Below, piece by piece: positions 1 through 8,047 of a stretch of DNA of 64,000 bases (position 1 is its first letter; each line of letters begins with the position of its first letter). Made by a program: the position numbers and the translations under genes. Under the pieces are notes generated by a model, which had not been told where the DNA came from, ran no database searches, and saw only the letters and a list, made by a program, of their open reading frames with translations. Source of the stretch: a virus (Duplodnaviria > Caudoviricetes); IMG/VR virus record IMGVR_UViG_3300035208_002851, positions 1-64,000 of that record; one strand, 5' to 3'.

Positions 1-781
1 TTGGATTTTGTGCAATTTGAGCTTCTAATGGTTTTTCTTCAGCGGTTACTTTCTTTAGGACGTATAACTGTTGAAGCATAGTTCTCACAGCATCATCTTT
101 ATCTGTAGATTTTTCTAGTATTAATTTGTATTGGTCTAAGTAGACCTTTAGGCGCTCTAAGAATTGAATGGCTTCTTCTTTTGTGGGTGCTTTTTCTGAG
201 GCTCTAAGGATGAACCATCCCTTAATGGAGTCTTCGTATTGTTCTAAAGTTAGTTTGGCTTCGGATTTTCGAATTTCTGCAAAACTACTGAGGATGTCGC
301 GTTCCTGGGCTTCGAGTTCTCTGACTTGGACTAAAACTTTGGAGATTTCTACAAGATAACCTTTCTTGGCTTGCTCATCTGTAGTATTACGGATTCTACG
401 ATAATTATCCCACATTTCTTTTAAAACCGTTTTGGTTGATTTTAAAAGATTCATTTTCTTTTTTTCTTCAATACTGAATTCTGCATCTAAAGCTTCCGAT
501 TCGCGTACAGCTTCCAAGATTTCTTCTTCGATCTCAGCTTCTGGTTTTTGTGCTTTCTTTCCATATCGTTCTAATAGAAGTTCTTTATAGTTGGGACAGA
601 TTTTTTTTCTAAATGAGGCTATATTTTGTGGAGTTATACCTTCTACATATGGGAATTTTTCGTTTAAAAGTGTGATAATTTCACTGTTAGTTATGTCATC
701 TCTACATTTAGTTTCAATCCATAACCTAATCTCTAAGGGCAAACCGAGAATTTTATTGATGGGTTTTGAAGTTTCACTCAT
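1..781 (-). CDS. Putative terminase small subunit (Mu gp27/DUF3486-like), 3' end runs off the window
   Basis: Not in the ORF track because it has no stop in the window. Manual translation from ATG 781: MSETSKPINKILGLPLEIRLWIETKCRDDITNSEIITLLNEKFP... The KI..LP.EIR.WI start resembles DUF3486. Helical, and same strand as TerL at the other edge. Confidence 0.55.
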   Translation of the reverse strand, partial: MSETSKPINKILGLPLEIRLWIETKCRDDITNSEIITLLNEKFPYVEGITPQNIASFRKKICPNYKELLLERYGKKAQKPEAEIEEEILEAVRESEALDAEFSIEEKKKMNLLKSTKTVLKEMWDNYRRIRNTTDEQAKKGYLVEISKVLVQVRELEAQERDILSSFAEIRKSEAKLTLEQYEDSIKGWFILRASEKAPTKEEAIQFLERLKVYLDQYKLILEKSTDKDDAVRTMLQQLYVLKKVTAEEKPLEAQIAQNP

Positions 782-800
782 TAAAATCAACTACTGGGGT

Positions 801-944
801 GGGTTAGAATCTTTGGTTAAAAATAAGCGGAAAGATGCCAGCAAACTTCAGAACCCAAACTTTAAAAATGCGAATTCCCCTTTCACAGAGGAACTTTTTC
901 CCCCAAGGTTTGGATGCTGAGTGTATCCCAAAGATTCTTTGCCC
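801..944 (-). ncRNA. Structured ~145-nt RNA or 5' leader upstream of the putative TerS
   Basis: Nested stems: 806-816/928-938 (perfect 11 bp), 848-861/907-920 and hairpin 873-895. G-U pairs work only on the minus strand. The 5' end lies ~23 nt downstream of a TATA box. Confidence 0.55.
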
Positions 945-956
945 AAGGTTAGGATG
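902..956. repeat. Direct repeat CCCAAGGTT(T/A)GGATG, 2 copies (902-916, 942-956)
   Basis: 14/15 identical, 40 nt apart, in the divergent intergenic region. Confidence 0.7.
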
Positions 957-966
957 TAACATGTAG

Positions 967-980
967 TATTTAAAGATTCT
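967..980 (-). promoter_or_regulatory. Archaeal BRE-TATA promoter AGAATCTTTAAATA
   Basis: Identical 14-mer at 27620-27633 (+). Near copies at 1173-1186 and 2322-2335. Confidence 0.65.
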
Positions 981-1028
981 GGATTAATAGCCATAAAATT
1001 TATAAATCTGTATAGATATCCTGAAAGT

Positions 1029-1187
1029 ATGATTGAAGTTTGCAAAAGTCCATGGCATAAAAAGTGTAAAAATACTGATATAAAAGCCTATATAACTGGA
1101 AGAAACCTGCCAGTGTGTAGTAAATGTTTTGAAGAAATTATGAAAAAAGATTATGTTTGGGATGAAGAGACCAAAATCTTTAAATAG
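1029..1187 (+). CDS. Small Cys/His zinc-finger-like protein (52 aa)
   Basis: Manual translation MIEVCKSPWHKKC...VCSKCFEEIMKK. Confidence 0.55.
   Translation: MIEVCKSPWHKKCKNTDIKAYITGRNLPVCSKCFEEIMKKDYVWDEETKIFK
1173..1186 (+). promoter_or_regulatory. BRE-TATA promoter AAAATCTTTAAATA
   Basis: Matches the recurrent motif, ~30 nt upstream of GTG 1219. Confidence 0.55.
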
Positions 1188-1218
1188 GGTTTCCAACAAC
1201 TCTTATAGAAGTGAAACT

Positions 1219-1689
1219 GTGACTAAAAAAATAGAAGTCCATGAGTTGTATGAATTGTTAAGGCAGCTACCACAAACTGATATGGGCTACGCTTCATTTA
1301 CAGCTCTGTTAGAAAAGGCTGCGGGCTTCTATGCGTGTTCGCCGCTTACGGTGAGAAATTTCATCTATAGAAATTTGGATAAATTTGAAGTTAATCGTGG
1401 AGAGATAAGGTTGAAGCTTATAGAAACTGTAGCTGAGGAGAAAGAGGACCTCAAGGAGTTTGAAGAGTGGCTTGCTAATAGAACAGCCGTGCTGGACGAA
1501 TGTTTGGAGTTCCTGAAGGTGCAGAATATGACTCCGTACTTGGAGAATCTATTGGTTCTTGTAAGTAATACACGCGAAGCGTTGAAGTCCTACAGTGATA
1601 CGGATTTGGTTTTTTTGGTTTTCAGTTTAAAAAATGAGTATGGGTTCACACCGAAAACTGAGTTTAAGGAGGGTGGTTTGATTGGTTAG
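1219..1689 (+). CDS. Hypothetical protein, possible N-terminal winged helix
   Basis: ORF 1153..1689. Start moved to the GTG downstream of the promoter. Confidence 0.55.
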   Translation: MTKKIEVHELYELLRQLPQTDMGYASFTALLEKAAGFYACSPLTVRNFIYRNLDKFEVNRGEIRLKLIETVAEEKEDLKEFEEWLANRTAVLDECLEFLKVQNMTPYLENLLVLVSNTREALKSYSDTDLVFLVFSLKNEYGFTPKTEFKEGGLIG

Positions 1690-1837
1690 TAGAATTGTAA
1701 GTATACCTGAAGAAATGTGTAGAAGATTCGATAAGGTTTATTGGGCGATAATGGATTTAAATAATGAGGATAGAGAAACGATAATTGACGACTTAATAAC
1801 GTCGGCTGAAAATCGCGTAAAGGTGTTTCAAAAATAA
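1682..1837 (+). CDS. Hypothetical small protein (51 aa)
   Basis: TTG start overlapping the upstream stop, fills the gap. Confidence 0.45.
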   Translation: MVSRIVSIPEEMCRRFDKVYWAIMDLNNEDRETIIDDLITSAENRVKVFQK

Positions 1838-1878
1838 CAGCACCTGAACTTAAAGAGGGTTATACGACAGTACTGACA

Positions 1879-2370
1879 GTGGATGATAGGGAACCTAAAA
1901 AGATACGGGAATTTTTAAGTGAAATATGTTGTGTTCCGATAGAGGTTAAACGAGTAAAAACCGGAGATTATATTTGCACTTCCAATGGTGTCACTATGGT
2001 GATAGAACGAAAAACTTTGAGTGACCTTGCGGGATCAATAGTTGATGGTAGAATCTTTAGCCAGGTAGAACGCATGCAGGAATATCTACCGGCGGCTGTT
2101 GTCATATGCGGTTCTAAAAAAGAACTTTTAAAGAGAAGCGAAATAAATTATAATTCGGTGCTGGGAACTATAGCGTGGATTTCCTCCTTGGGTATAACTG
2201 TTGTGAAGGAAGAGGACCCAGAGGATTTAACTTATTTAATACTGAAGCTTTTTGAAAAAAAACTCAAAGTTAAAATGTTTATAGAGTTTACACCGAAAAA
2301 ATCAAAGAAAAAAGTTAATCCAAAAACTTTAAATACTCCTGTAGAACTTACAGTAATTGTTGAAAAGTAA
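1879..2370 (+). CDS. ERCC4/XPF (Hef-like) nuclease
   Basis: VDDRE, GDY, IERKTLSDL..SI.DGR...Q motifs. Confidence 0.9.
   Translation: MDDREPKKIREFLSEICCVPIEVKRVKTGDYICTSNGVTMVIERKTLSDLAGSIVDGRIFSQVERMQEYLPAAVVICGSKKELLKRSEINYNSVLGTIAWISSLGITVVKEEDPEDLTYLILKLFEKKLKVKMFIEFTPKKSKKKVNPKTLNTPVELTVIVEK
2322..2335 (+). promoter_or_regulatory. BRE-TATA promoter AAAAACTTTAAATA
   Basis: Recurrent motif 35 nt upstream of ATG 2370. Confidence 0.5.
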
Positions 2371-3170
2371 TGAAGGCATTGCTGTTAGTTGGCAACAATG
2401 ACCAGGCCTCCTCTAAACAGGTTGCTTTAGTTGCCAAAGAAAATGATTTAATACTGGTAGTTCTACAGGCGAAAGAGTTTCCCCGATATGAAAGGCAGTT
2501 TTTTACAAGCACCCTGGACTCTAAGCAGTGCTTGTTTCACCTCACGGATGCGCAAGCTTTAAAGCAGGATGCGTCAAAGAAACTTTTTGAGTTCATGAAC
2601 GCTTCGCCTCACAGATTTATTTTGGGCGGCAACGCTGAAACTCCTTGGTTTGTTAAGGTAGGCTGCGTTGTTAAAAACATGGATGATTCTAAAGCTGAGC
2701 TGACAAGTCAGCTACAGGTTCTATTGACAGAACCCAATAGAACTGTAGTACGAAAGTATCTTGAGGATGCTGACTTAATACATTTATTCCATATATTAAA
2801 ATATGGTGCATGGAGAAATCCTGAAAGTTTAGAAGCTCTAATTTTAATAAACCAAAACCTATTTAAAGTAAAACGCGATTACTTGTTGTCGTTACTGAGC
2901 TGGGTTCTACCAGCTAAGCCATATGCGTTTGCTTCTTCAAAGAAGCAGGGGGCTCCCCAGGAAGGTTCAATCATGAAAAAATTAGAAAGTTTAAACCCGA
3001 AGATGAAGAAGTCTGAACAAGCGGACGCTTTTCTTTTAATGAAAGCTTGCAAGGATTCTATAGACGGTTTAGACCTTTCTGAGGAAGAAAAAACATTTCT
3101 AGGAATTGAGGAGAAGCTGGTAGAACCCGAACAGGCAGTGTTTTGTAGGACTATTGAGGAGTTCTTTTAA
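2370..3170 (+). CDS. Degenerate replication factor C large subunit-like protein
   Basis: KALLLVG start with a decayed Walker A, RFC-like FILGGN strand, C-terminal PIP-like TIEEFF. Lies near RFC-S. Confidence 0.6.
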   Translation: MKALLLVGNNDQASSKQVALVAKENDLILVVLQAKEFPRYERQFFTSTLDSKQCLFHLTDAQALKQDASKKLFEFMNASPHRFILGGNAETPWFVKVGCVVKNMDDSKAELTSQLQVLLTEPNRTVVRKYLEDADLIHLFHILKYGAWRNPESLEALILINQNLFKVKRDYLLSLLSWVLPAKPYAFASSKKQGAPQEGSIMKKLESLNPKMKKSEQADAFLLMKACKDSIDGLDLSEEEKTFLGIEEKLVEPEQAVFCRTIEEFF

Positions 3171-3347
3171 TTGAACAGTGTCTTTGAAATAAAAATAGAA
3201 AATGGTGGATTAGATGCACATAATGATAAACTTTTTAAAGAAAAAGGATATGTTTGGGCAACTGACGATCCCGATAGAGTAAAACGTGTTCTTGAAGAAG
3301 CCTTTGGAAATGGTAATGTAATTGTGCATAGACTGAGGCAAGAATAA
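3171..3347 (+). CDS. Hypothetical protein (58 aa)
   Basis: TTG-start ORF filling the gap between the RFC genes. Confidence 0.5.
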   Translation: MNSVFEIKIENGGLDAHNDKLFKEKGYVWATDDPDRVKRVLEEAFGNGNVIVHRLRQE

Positions 3348-3349
3348 AA

Positions 3350-4297
3350 ATGAATGTCCTAACTGAGAAATACCGTCCAGAAAAGCGTGAAGATATAGTT
3401 GGAAATAAAGAAACCATAGATAAAATCTTCAGCGTTGTCAACTCTGGTAAACTTTGCCATATGATATTTGAAGGAATTGCCGGCTCTGGTAAGACAAGTA
3501 CTGCCAAAGCTATAGCTAAACAGCTTTTTGGCACCAACATCAAAATGAACTACCTGGAGTTGAACGCGTCAGACGAGCGCGGTATAGAAACTGTTCAGGA
3601 AAAGATAAAGATGTTCGCTAAGGTGGTTCCCTTCCAGACGGGTGTGAAGTTGATTCTCCTTGATGAGGGAGATGAAATGACAGCTACTGCCCAGAATGCT
3701 TTGCGAGGAATAATGGAGCAGTATGCAAACATCTGTATTTTTATATTTACAGCTAATAATGCGGAGCGCCTTATAGAGCCTATTAGAAGTCGTTGCGAAG
3801 TTTTCCATTTTGGACCAATATCTACAGATGATATGATAGTAAGATTAACTAAAATTTATGAAGACGAAAGAAAAATTCCAATAACATCTGTACCTAGTTT
3901 AGAAGAACAATTAGCTCTTAGAAAAATTGCAGAGTATTCGCAGGGTGACATGCGCAGAGCATTGAATCATCTGCAAGTTTTACTAAGCTCAGGGGAACCC
4001 CTAAGCGAAGCTTCTGTAGATACAATTAAACCTATAGACTTCGGGAAGATGATTTTTGATGCTTTGCAAGCGGGACGCTTCTTGGAGGCACGAAGCCATG
4101 TTTTCAAAGCTCTGGAGCTGGGCTATGATGCGAGAAATCTATTGAGTCTCTGCCACAAAGTATATATAGCTTCTGACGTAGATATTTCAACTATGAAAAT
4201 AGCTATAATAAGTTTAAGTGAATGCGACTATAGAATGACACAGGGTGTTGACAAAGTTCTAGCCTTGGATGCAGTTCTACTGAGGTTGATGAAATAA
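3350..4297 (+). CDS. rfcS: Replication factor C small subunit (clamp loader)
   Basis: EKYRP, GIAGSGKT, LELNASDERG, LLDEGD, SRC, GDMR motifs. Confidence 0.95.
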   Translation: MNVLTEKYRPEKREDIVGNKETIDKIFSVVNSGKLCHMIFEGIAGSGKTSTAKAIAKQLFGTNIKMNYLELNASDERGIETVQEKIKMFAKVVPFQTGVKLILLDEGDEMTATAQNALRGIMEQYANICIFIFTANNAERLIEPIRSRCEVFHFGPISTDDMIVRLTKIYEDERKIPITSVPSLEEQLALRKIAEYSQGDMRRALNHLQVLLSSGEPLSEASVDTIKPIDFGKMIFDALQAGRFLEARSHVFKALELGYDARNLLSLCHKVYIASDVDISTMKIAIISLSECDYRMTQGVDKVLALDAVLLRLMK

Positions 4298-4437
4298 TGA
4301 CTTGTAGATTTTGTTATGAAGGTGGTTGCTGTAATTTAAAAAGCGGTAGTACCGCAAATCATTGCAATGGTAACAATGATGAAAATATTTGTTATATGGC
4401 GATATCCGCGATTAGAGAAATGAAGGGTAGTGAATAA
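4297..4437 (+). CDS. Small Cys-rich protein
   Basis: MTCRFCYEGGCC..., ATG overlapping the RFC-S stop. Confidence 0.45.
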   Translation: MTCRFCYEGGCCNLKSGSTANHCNGNNDENICYMAISAIREMKGSE

Positions 4438-4438
4438 A

Positions 4439-4651
4439 ATGGTTGACAAAGCAAAAAAACTTGTAATAAATTGTGTACTGTGTAAAGAAAAAATCAGTAT
4501 CACTCCAGAAGAGTTAAAAGCTGGCAAATACTATGGACAATACATAGTTAGACATAATGTTGATGGCGGCTTAACAGCTATACAGGGTGGTACACTTTGC
4601 GAAAACTGTTTGAAGCTACCGCTTGAAAAAAGGATAGTGACTAAAGGATGA
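4439..4651 (+). CDS. Zinc-finger protein
   Basis: CVLC...CENC. Confidence 0.6.
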   Translation: MVDKAKKLVINCVLCKEKISITPEELKAGKYYGQYIVRHNVDGGLTAIQGGTLCENCLKLPLEKRIVTKG

Positions 4652-4821
4652 AAGTGAAAGCAGAATTATCAGGAGATAAATTAACTTATGATTTTGAGGG
4701 TTCTGAAAAAGAATTTAAAACCTTCATGGGTACGATTAAAGTTAATTTTACTCAAAATAAAAGTAATCCGTAAAGGGATACAAAATTTAAAGTAAATAAA
4801 ATTAAAAAGGAGATAAAAAAT

Positions 4822-5979
4822 ATGTCAAATGTAATGACGGAAGAAATTTTCTTCGTAAAACTCGGAGAGAGAACAGGAGAAACTGTCGAAGACTTAAAGA
4901 AAGAGTTTGAAACTGTTGTTGCTGAATGCAAAGCAGATGAGAAACTTCAAGGATTCACAGAGGATCAATACCGTATTAATGCCCGCAACCGTTTTGCACT
5001 GCGCAAGACTAGAGAATCCGCATCGGGTGCTATTCCTTGGGAAGGAATTGTAATCGGTGTCGGTGACCTTATAGATACAGTTGCAAAACAAAAGAAAATG
5101 ACTGATGCATCTTTCAAGAGCAACGCACTTAAGACAAGTCAAGGAACAATCTATAATGACACTTTAGTTAAGTCAGATGAGAATGGTGTTCCTCAATACC
5201 CAGATACTGAAATGAACAGAAAGTTCGGTAAGGCAGGAAAGCCACTTCCAGATCACAGCTGGTTAAGAACTTTGTTTATGTTCGTAAGACCTATAGATCC
5301 TAAAACTAAGCAAGCCGGAGTAGCGCAATTGGCAAAGATGTCTATTAACAATGCGGCTGCAATTGATGTTTCTGGTGTTCCACAGATGGTTCCAGTTAAA
5401 TTTAAGGCGCTTAATAAAACAACTGATGAAGACCGCAAGTCTGGTGTCTATAGAATTAATCATTCAACATTTACAACATTTGAACGGACAACTATTGCTG
5501 ATATGCCACCAATTGAACAGATTCTACCAACAATCACTGGTAAGTTTAAGACTTTAGATGAACTTGATGTATACACAGATACAAACGTGTCGGATAAAGG
5601 ATTGTGGGTTATCACTGAAGCATCGGTTGTAACACTGAATTTGGAGCCAAATAAAAAGACTGGTAACATGTTCATGATTGTGACTGATGAATCTTTGCTG
5701 TTCTCAGGAAATGACAAGACTGGTGTTATGTGCTGGATTCCAACAGATAGAAATATCACTATAGACTTTGGTCAGGAATCTAGAGTTTATATTGTTGGTA
5801 AACCACGCAGAGGCGATGCTAAGGATCCAGTGACAGGTGAATATATGAAGGGTGTTCCAGGTGATGTGTCATTAACAGTTTACGGTGTATATGCACCTGA
5901 AATGTTTAAGACACCTTCAAGTGTGCAACCTGTAACGGTTAAATCTTTGGTTCCACAATTGAAAGAAGAAGACTTTTAG
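4822..5979 (+). CDS. Putative OB-fold ssDNA-binding protein (RPA-like)
   Basis: Strong AAGGAG SD, beta-rich with OB-like segments, acidic/aromatic tail EEDF, replication context. Confidence 0.55.
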   Translation: MSNVMTEEIFFVKLGERTGETVEDLKKEFETVVAECKADEKLQGFTEDQYRINARNRFALRKTRESASGAIPWEGIVIGVGDLIDTVAKQKKMTDASFKSNALKTSQGTIYNDTLVKSDENGVPQYPDTEMNRKFGKAGKPLPDHSWLRTLFMFVRPIDPKTKQAGVAQLAKMSINNAAAIDVSGVPQMVPVKFKALNKTTDEDRKSGVYRINHSTFTTFERTTIADMPPIEQILPTITGKFKTLDELDVYTDTNVSDKGLWVITEASVVTLNLEPNKKTGNMFMIVTDESLLFSGNDKTGVMCWIPTDRNITIDFGQESRVYIVGKPRRGDAKDPVTGEYMKGVPGDVSLTVYGVYAPEMFKTPSSVQPVTVKSLVPQLKEEDF

Positions 5980-5993
5980 AACGGTGAAACGGA

Positions 5994-6842
5994 GTGTCAC
6001 AAGCAAAACCAGCGGGAACATCTTCTTGGACAGCTAATGTCAAGAAGGATGCTCCAGTAGTAGCAGCTGAAGAGGCTGCTCCTATTGTTACTTTCCAGAA
6101 GCTTTCAGATGCGGAACCAGTTAAATATCTAAAGATAGCTGTGACAGGTAGACCCAAAACAGGAAAGACCAGATTTGCTCTTTCTTGCCCTTCCCCCATT
6201 TATGTTATCGAAACTGAACCTGGTCTTAAACCACTTAAAAAATTGTTCCCAGATAAAGAAATTTTTTATATAGATGCATATGAACCCGATCCATCTGGTA
6301 TTTTCGAAGCGGATGTAACAAAATCTATAGCAAAGATTGATGCAGCAGTAAAGATTATCAGAAAGATGTGTATTGAGAAGCCAGATAGTGTAGGAACAGT
6401 GGTTTTAGACTCAGTAACTGATGTTTGGAAATGGGTCATGGAATGGATGAAGCTAGACATACTCAAGATTGACAGAACAGCAAGGGTTAAGCAGCAATGG
6501 GACTACGGTTACGCGAATACAAAATATCAAAACATTATTATGCAATTGATATCTCTGCCAGTACATATTGTGTTAACAGCGCAAGACAAGGAAGAATATG
6601 CAGGCGCAGGTCAGCCTTCGGGTGTCTATGAACCAAGTTGGATGTGGCAAACACCACAGTGGGTAGATTTGCGGATAAATTTGGTAAGGCTTCAAAGTGC
6701 AAAAGAGCAATCAGTCAAATATGTTGGTTCAATTATAGAATCTCGACACATGGATGAAGACAAAGTTTCCTTAGCAGGCGAAGTTGTCTATGATATCGAC
6801 TTTGATAAAGTCATGGGTTTAGTTAAACGCAAGAAGGAGTAG
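5994..6842 (+). CDS. AAA_24/Sak4-like P-loop ATPase (recombination/annealing)
   Basis: GRPKTGKT Walker A, VVLDSVT Walker B, HIVLTA. Confidence 0.8.
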   Translation: MSQAKPAGTSSWTANVKKDAPVVAAEEAAPIVTFQKLSDAEPVKYLKIAVTGRPKTGKTRFALSCPSPIYVIETEPGLKPLKKLFPDKEIFYIDAYEPDPSGIFEADVTKSIAKIDAAVKIIRKMCIEKPDSVGTVVLDSVTDVWKWVMEWMKLDILKIDRTARVKQQWDYGYANTKYQNIIMQLISLPVHIVLTAQDKEEYAGAGQPSGVYEPSWMWQTPQWVDLRINLVRLQSAKEQSVKYVGSIIESRHMDEDKVSLAGEVVYDIDFDKVMGLVKRKKE

Positions 6843-6846
6843 TAAA

Positions 6847-6942
6847 ATGTTTAAAGAAGAAGAATGGGAAGATATAGAAGAAGACGATGAAGATTGGCCC
6901 GACAACAATGATGAAGAGGACGATTGGCTCGAAAAAATTTAA
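6847..6942 (+). CDS. Highly acidic 31-aa peptide
   Basis: MFKEEEWEDIEEDDEDWPDNNDEEDDWLEKI, AAGGAG SD upstream. Confidence 0.55.
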   Translation: MFKEEEWEDIEEDDEDWPDNNDEEDDWLEKI

Positions 6943-6957
6943 AAAGGAGGTTAAAAA

Positions 6958-7776
6958 ATGGTTGACAATACAATAATGAATAATACATTGAAATTAGGTA
7001 AATTACCAGTTAAACAAGATAAAAGAACTATAAAATTTAAAAATATACTTAAAACAGTTGCTCTTCCTGAAATACCGGAATCTTTTGATGAAGATAATTC
7101 TCTTGGAATAACAATAGTTGGCAGTATCTATGGTAATGATACATGGGGAGATTGTGTTATTGTTGGCAGAGCTAATCAAACTTTGAGGTTTGAAAGTTTT
7201 GAGCAAGGAACAATAATACCCATAACTACACAAGAATGCTTAAATGAATATTGGAGTGAACAGGGAGTTACTGTTAGTAAATGCGCATTGATAAACTGGC
7301 TTAGAAAAGTACAACGTCCCGACAATGGTTTAGTTTATTTGGATTCATTAAAAGATTGGCGCACTGATGGTTGGAATGTTGGAGGAAAACAATATAAAAT
7401 CTATGCATTTGCATCTGTTAATAAGGAAGATCAAACCGAAGTAAAGCAGGCTTTAAGTATTTTGGGAGGACTACAGGTTGGCATTCAACTCACAGAAGGA
7501 GCCATGAATCAATTTAATGAATCAAGGGTTTGGGATGTTACTAAAGATGATGGTAAAGTACTTGGTGGGCATGCAATATATGTTTTATCATATGACAAAG
7601 ATGGTTTAACATGTATAACGTGGGGTAAACGACAGAAAATGACATGGAATTGGTGGAATACATATGTTGACGAATGCTATGCTATTGTTGACAATAAAGA
7701 TGAATGGATAAATAATAGTAAATTAGATATTGAACTTTTAAATAGTTATTTAAAAGAAATAACTGGAGGTGCATAG
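6958..7776 (+). CDS. Papain-like cysteine peptidase (candidate lysis enzyme)
   Basis: GND..GDCV catalytic Cys, GGHAI catalytic His, ITWG. GGAGG SD. Confidence 0.75.
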   Translation: MVDNTIMNNTLKLGKLPVKQDKRTIKFKNILKTVALPEIPESFDEDNSLGITIVGSIYGNDTWGDCVIVGRANQTLRFESFEQGTIIPITTQECLNEYWSEQGVTVSKCALINWLRKVQRPDNGLVYLDSLKDWRTDGWNVGGKQYKIYAFASVNKEDQTEVKQALSILGGLQVGIQLTEGAMNQFNESRVWDVTKDDGKVLGGHAIYVLSYDKDGLTCITWGKRQKMTWNWWNTYVDECYAIVDNKDEWINNSKLDIELLNSYLKEITGGA

Positions 7777-7778
7777 TA

Positions 7779-7985
7779 ATGGCAAAATTATATAAACTTT
7801 CAACAAGTTTAGCTTACAGTACATCTGTTGGTATACCAGTTGCAGTAATTTTTGGAGTAATTGCAGCTTTGAGTTCTGTTGTAGCTAATATTGATACAAC
7901 TTCTACCGTAGAAATTGTTTGTTTAGCAATTGTTGCGGGGTTAACAGCAGGATTACAACATATTTCAACTGAGAGTGAAACTTAA
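7779..7985 (+). CDS. Two-TM small membrane protein (holin-like)
   Basis: Two hydrophobic helices, directly after the peptidase. Confidence 0.55.
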   Translation: MAKLYKLSTSLAYSTSVGIPVAVIFGVIAALSSVVANIDTTSTVEIVCLAIVAGLTAGLQHISTESET

Positions 7986-7988
7986 AAA

Positions 7989-8041
7989 GACCCCTGATGA
8001 GTCTTTGAAACAGGACGAAACCCCATTTTTGGGGTAGGGTT
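7989..8041 (+). ncRNA. Type I hammerhead ribozyme
   Basis: GACCC-CUGAUGA-GUCUU(UGAAAC)AGGAC-GAA-ACCCCA(UUUU)UGGGGU-A-GGGUU. Complete core and three stems. Predicted cleavage after GUA at 8036. Confidence 0.93.
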
Positions 8042-8047
8042 AAATAA

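Noticed and set aside
801-944. Resemblance of the structured RNA to RNase P (GAAAAAGUUC, GCUUAU) or to a tRNA
   Set aside because: No P4 pairing and too short for RNase P. No cloverleaf or T-loop.
168-1199. Track ORFs 168..359, 591..920, 848..1045 and 984..1199
   Set aside because: They are antisense shadows of the TerS-like ORF or overlap the structured RNA and promoters. No protein motifs.
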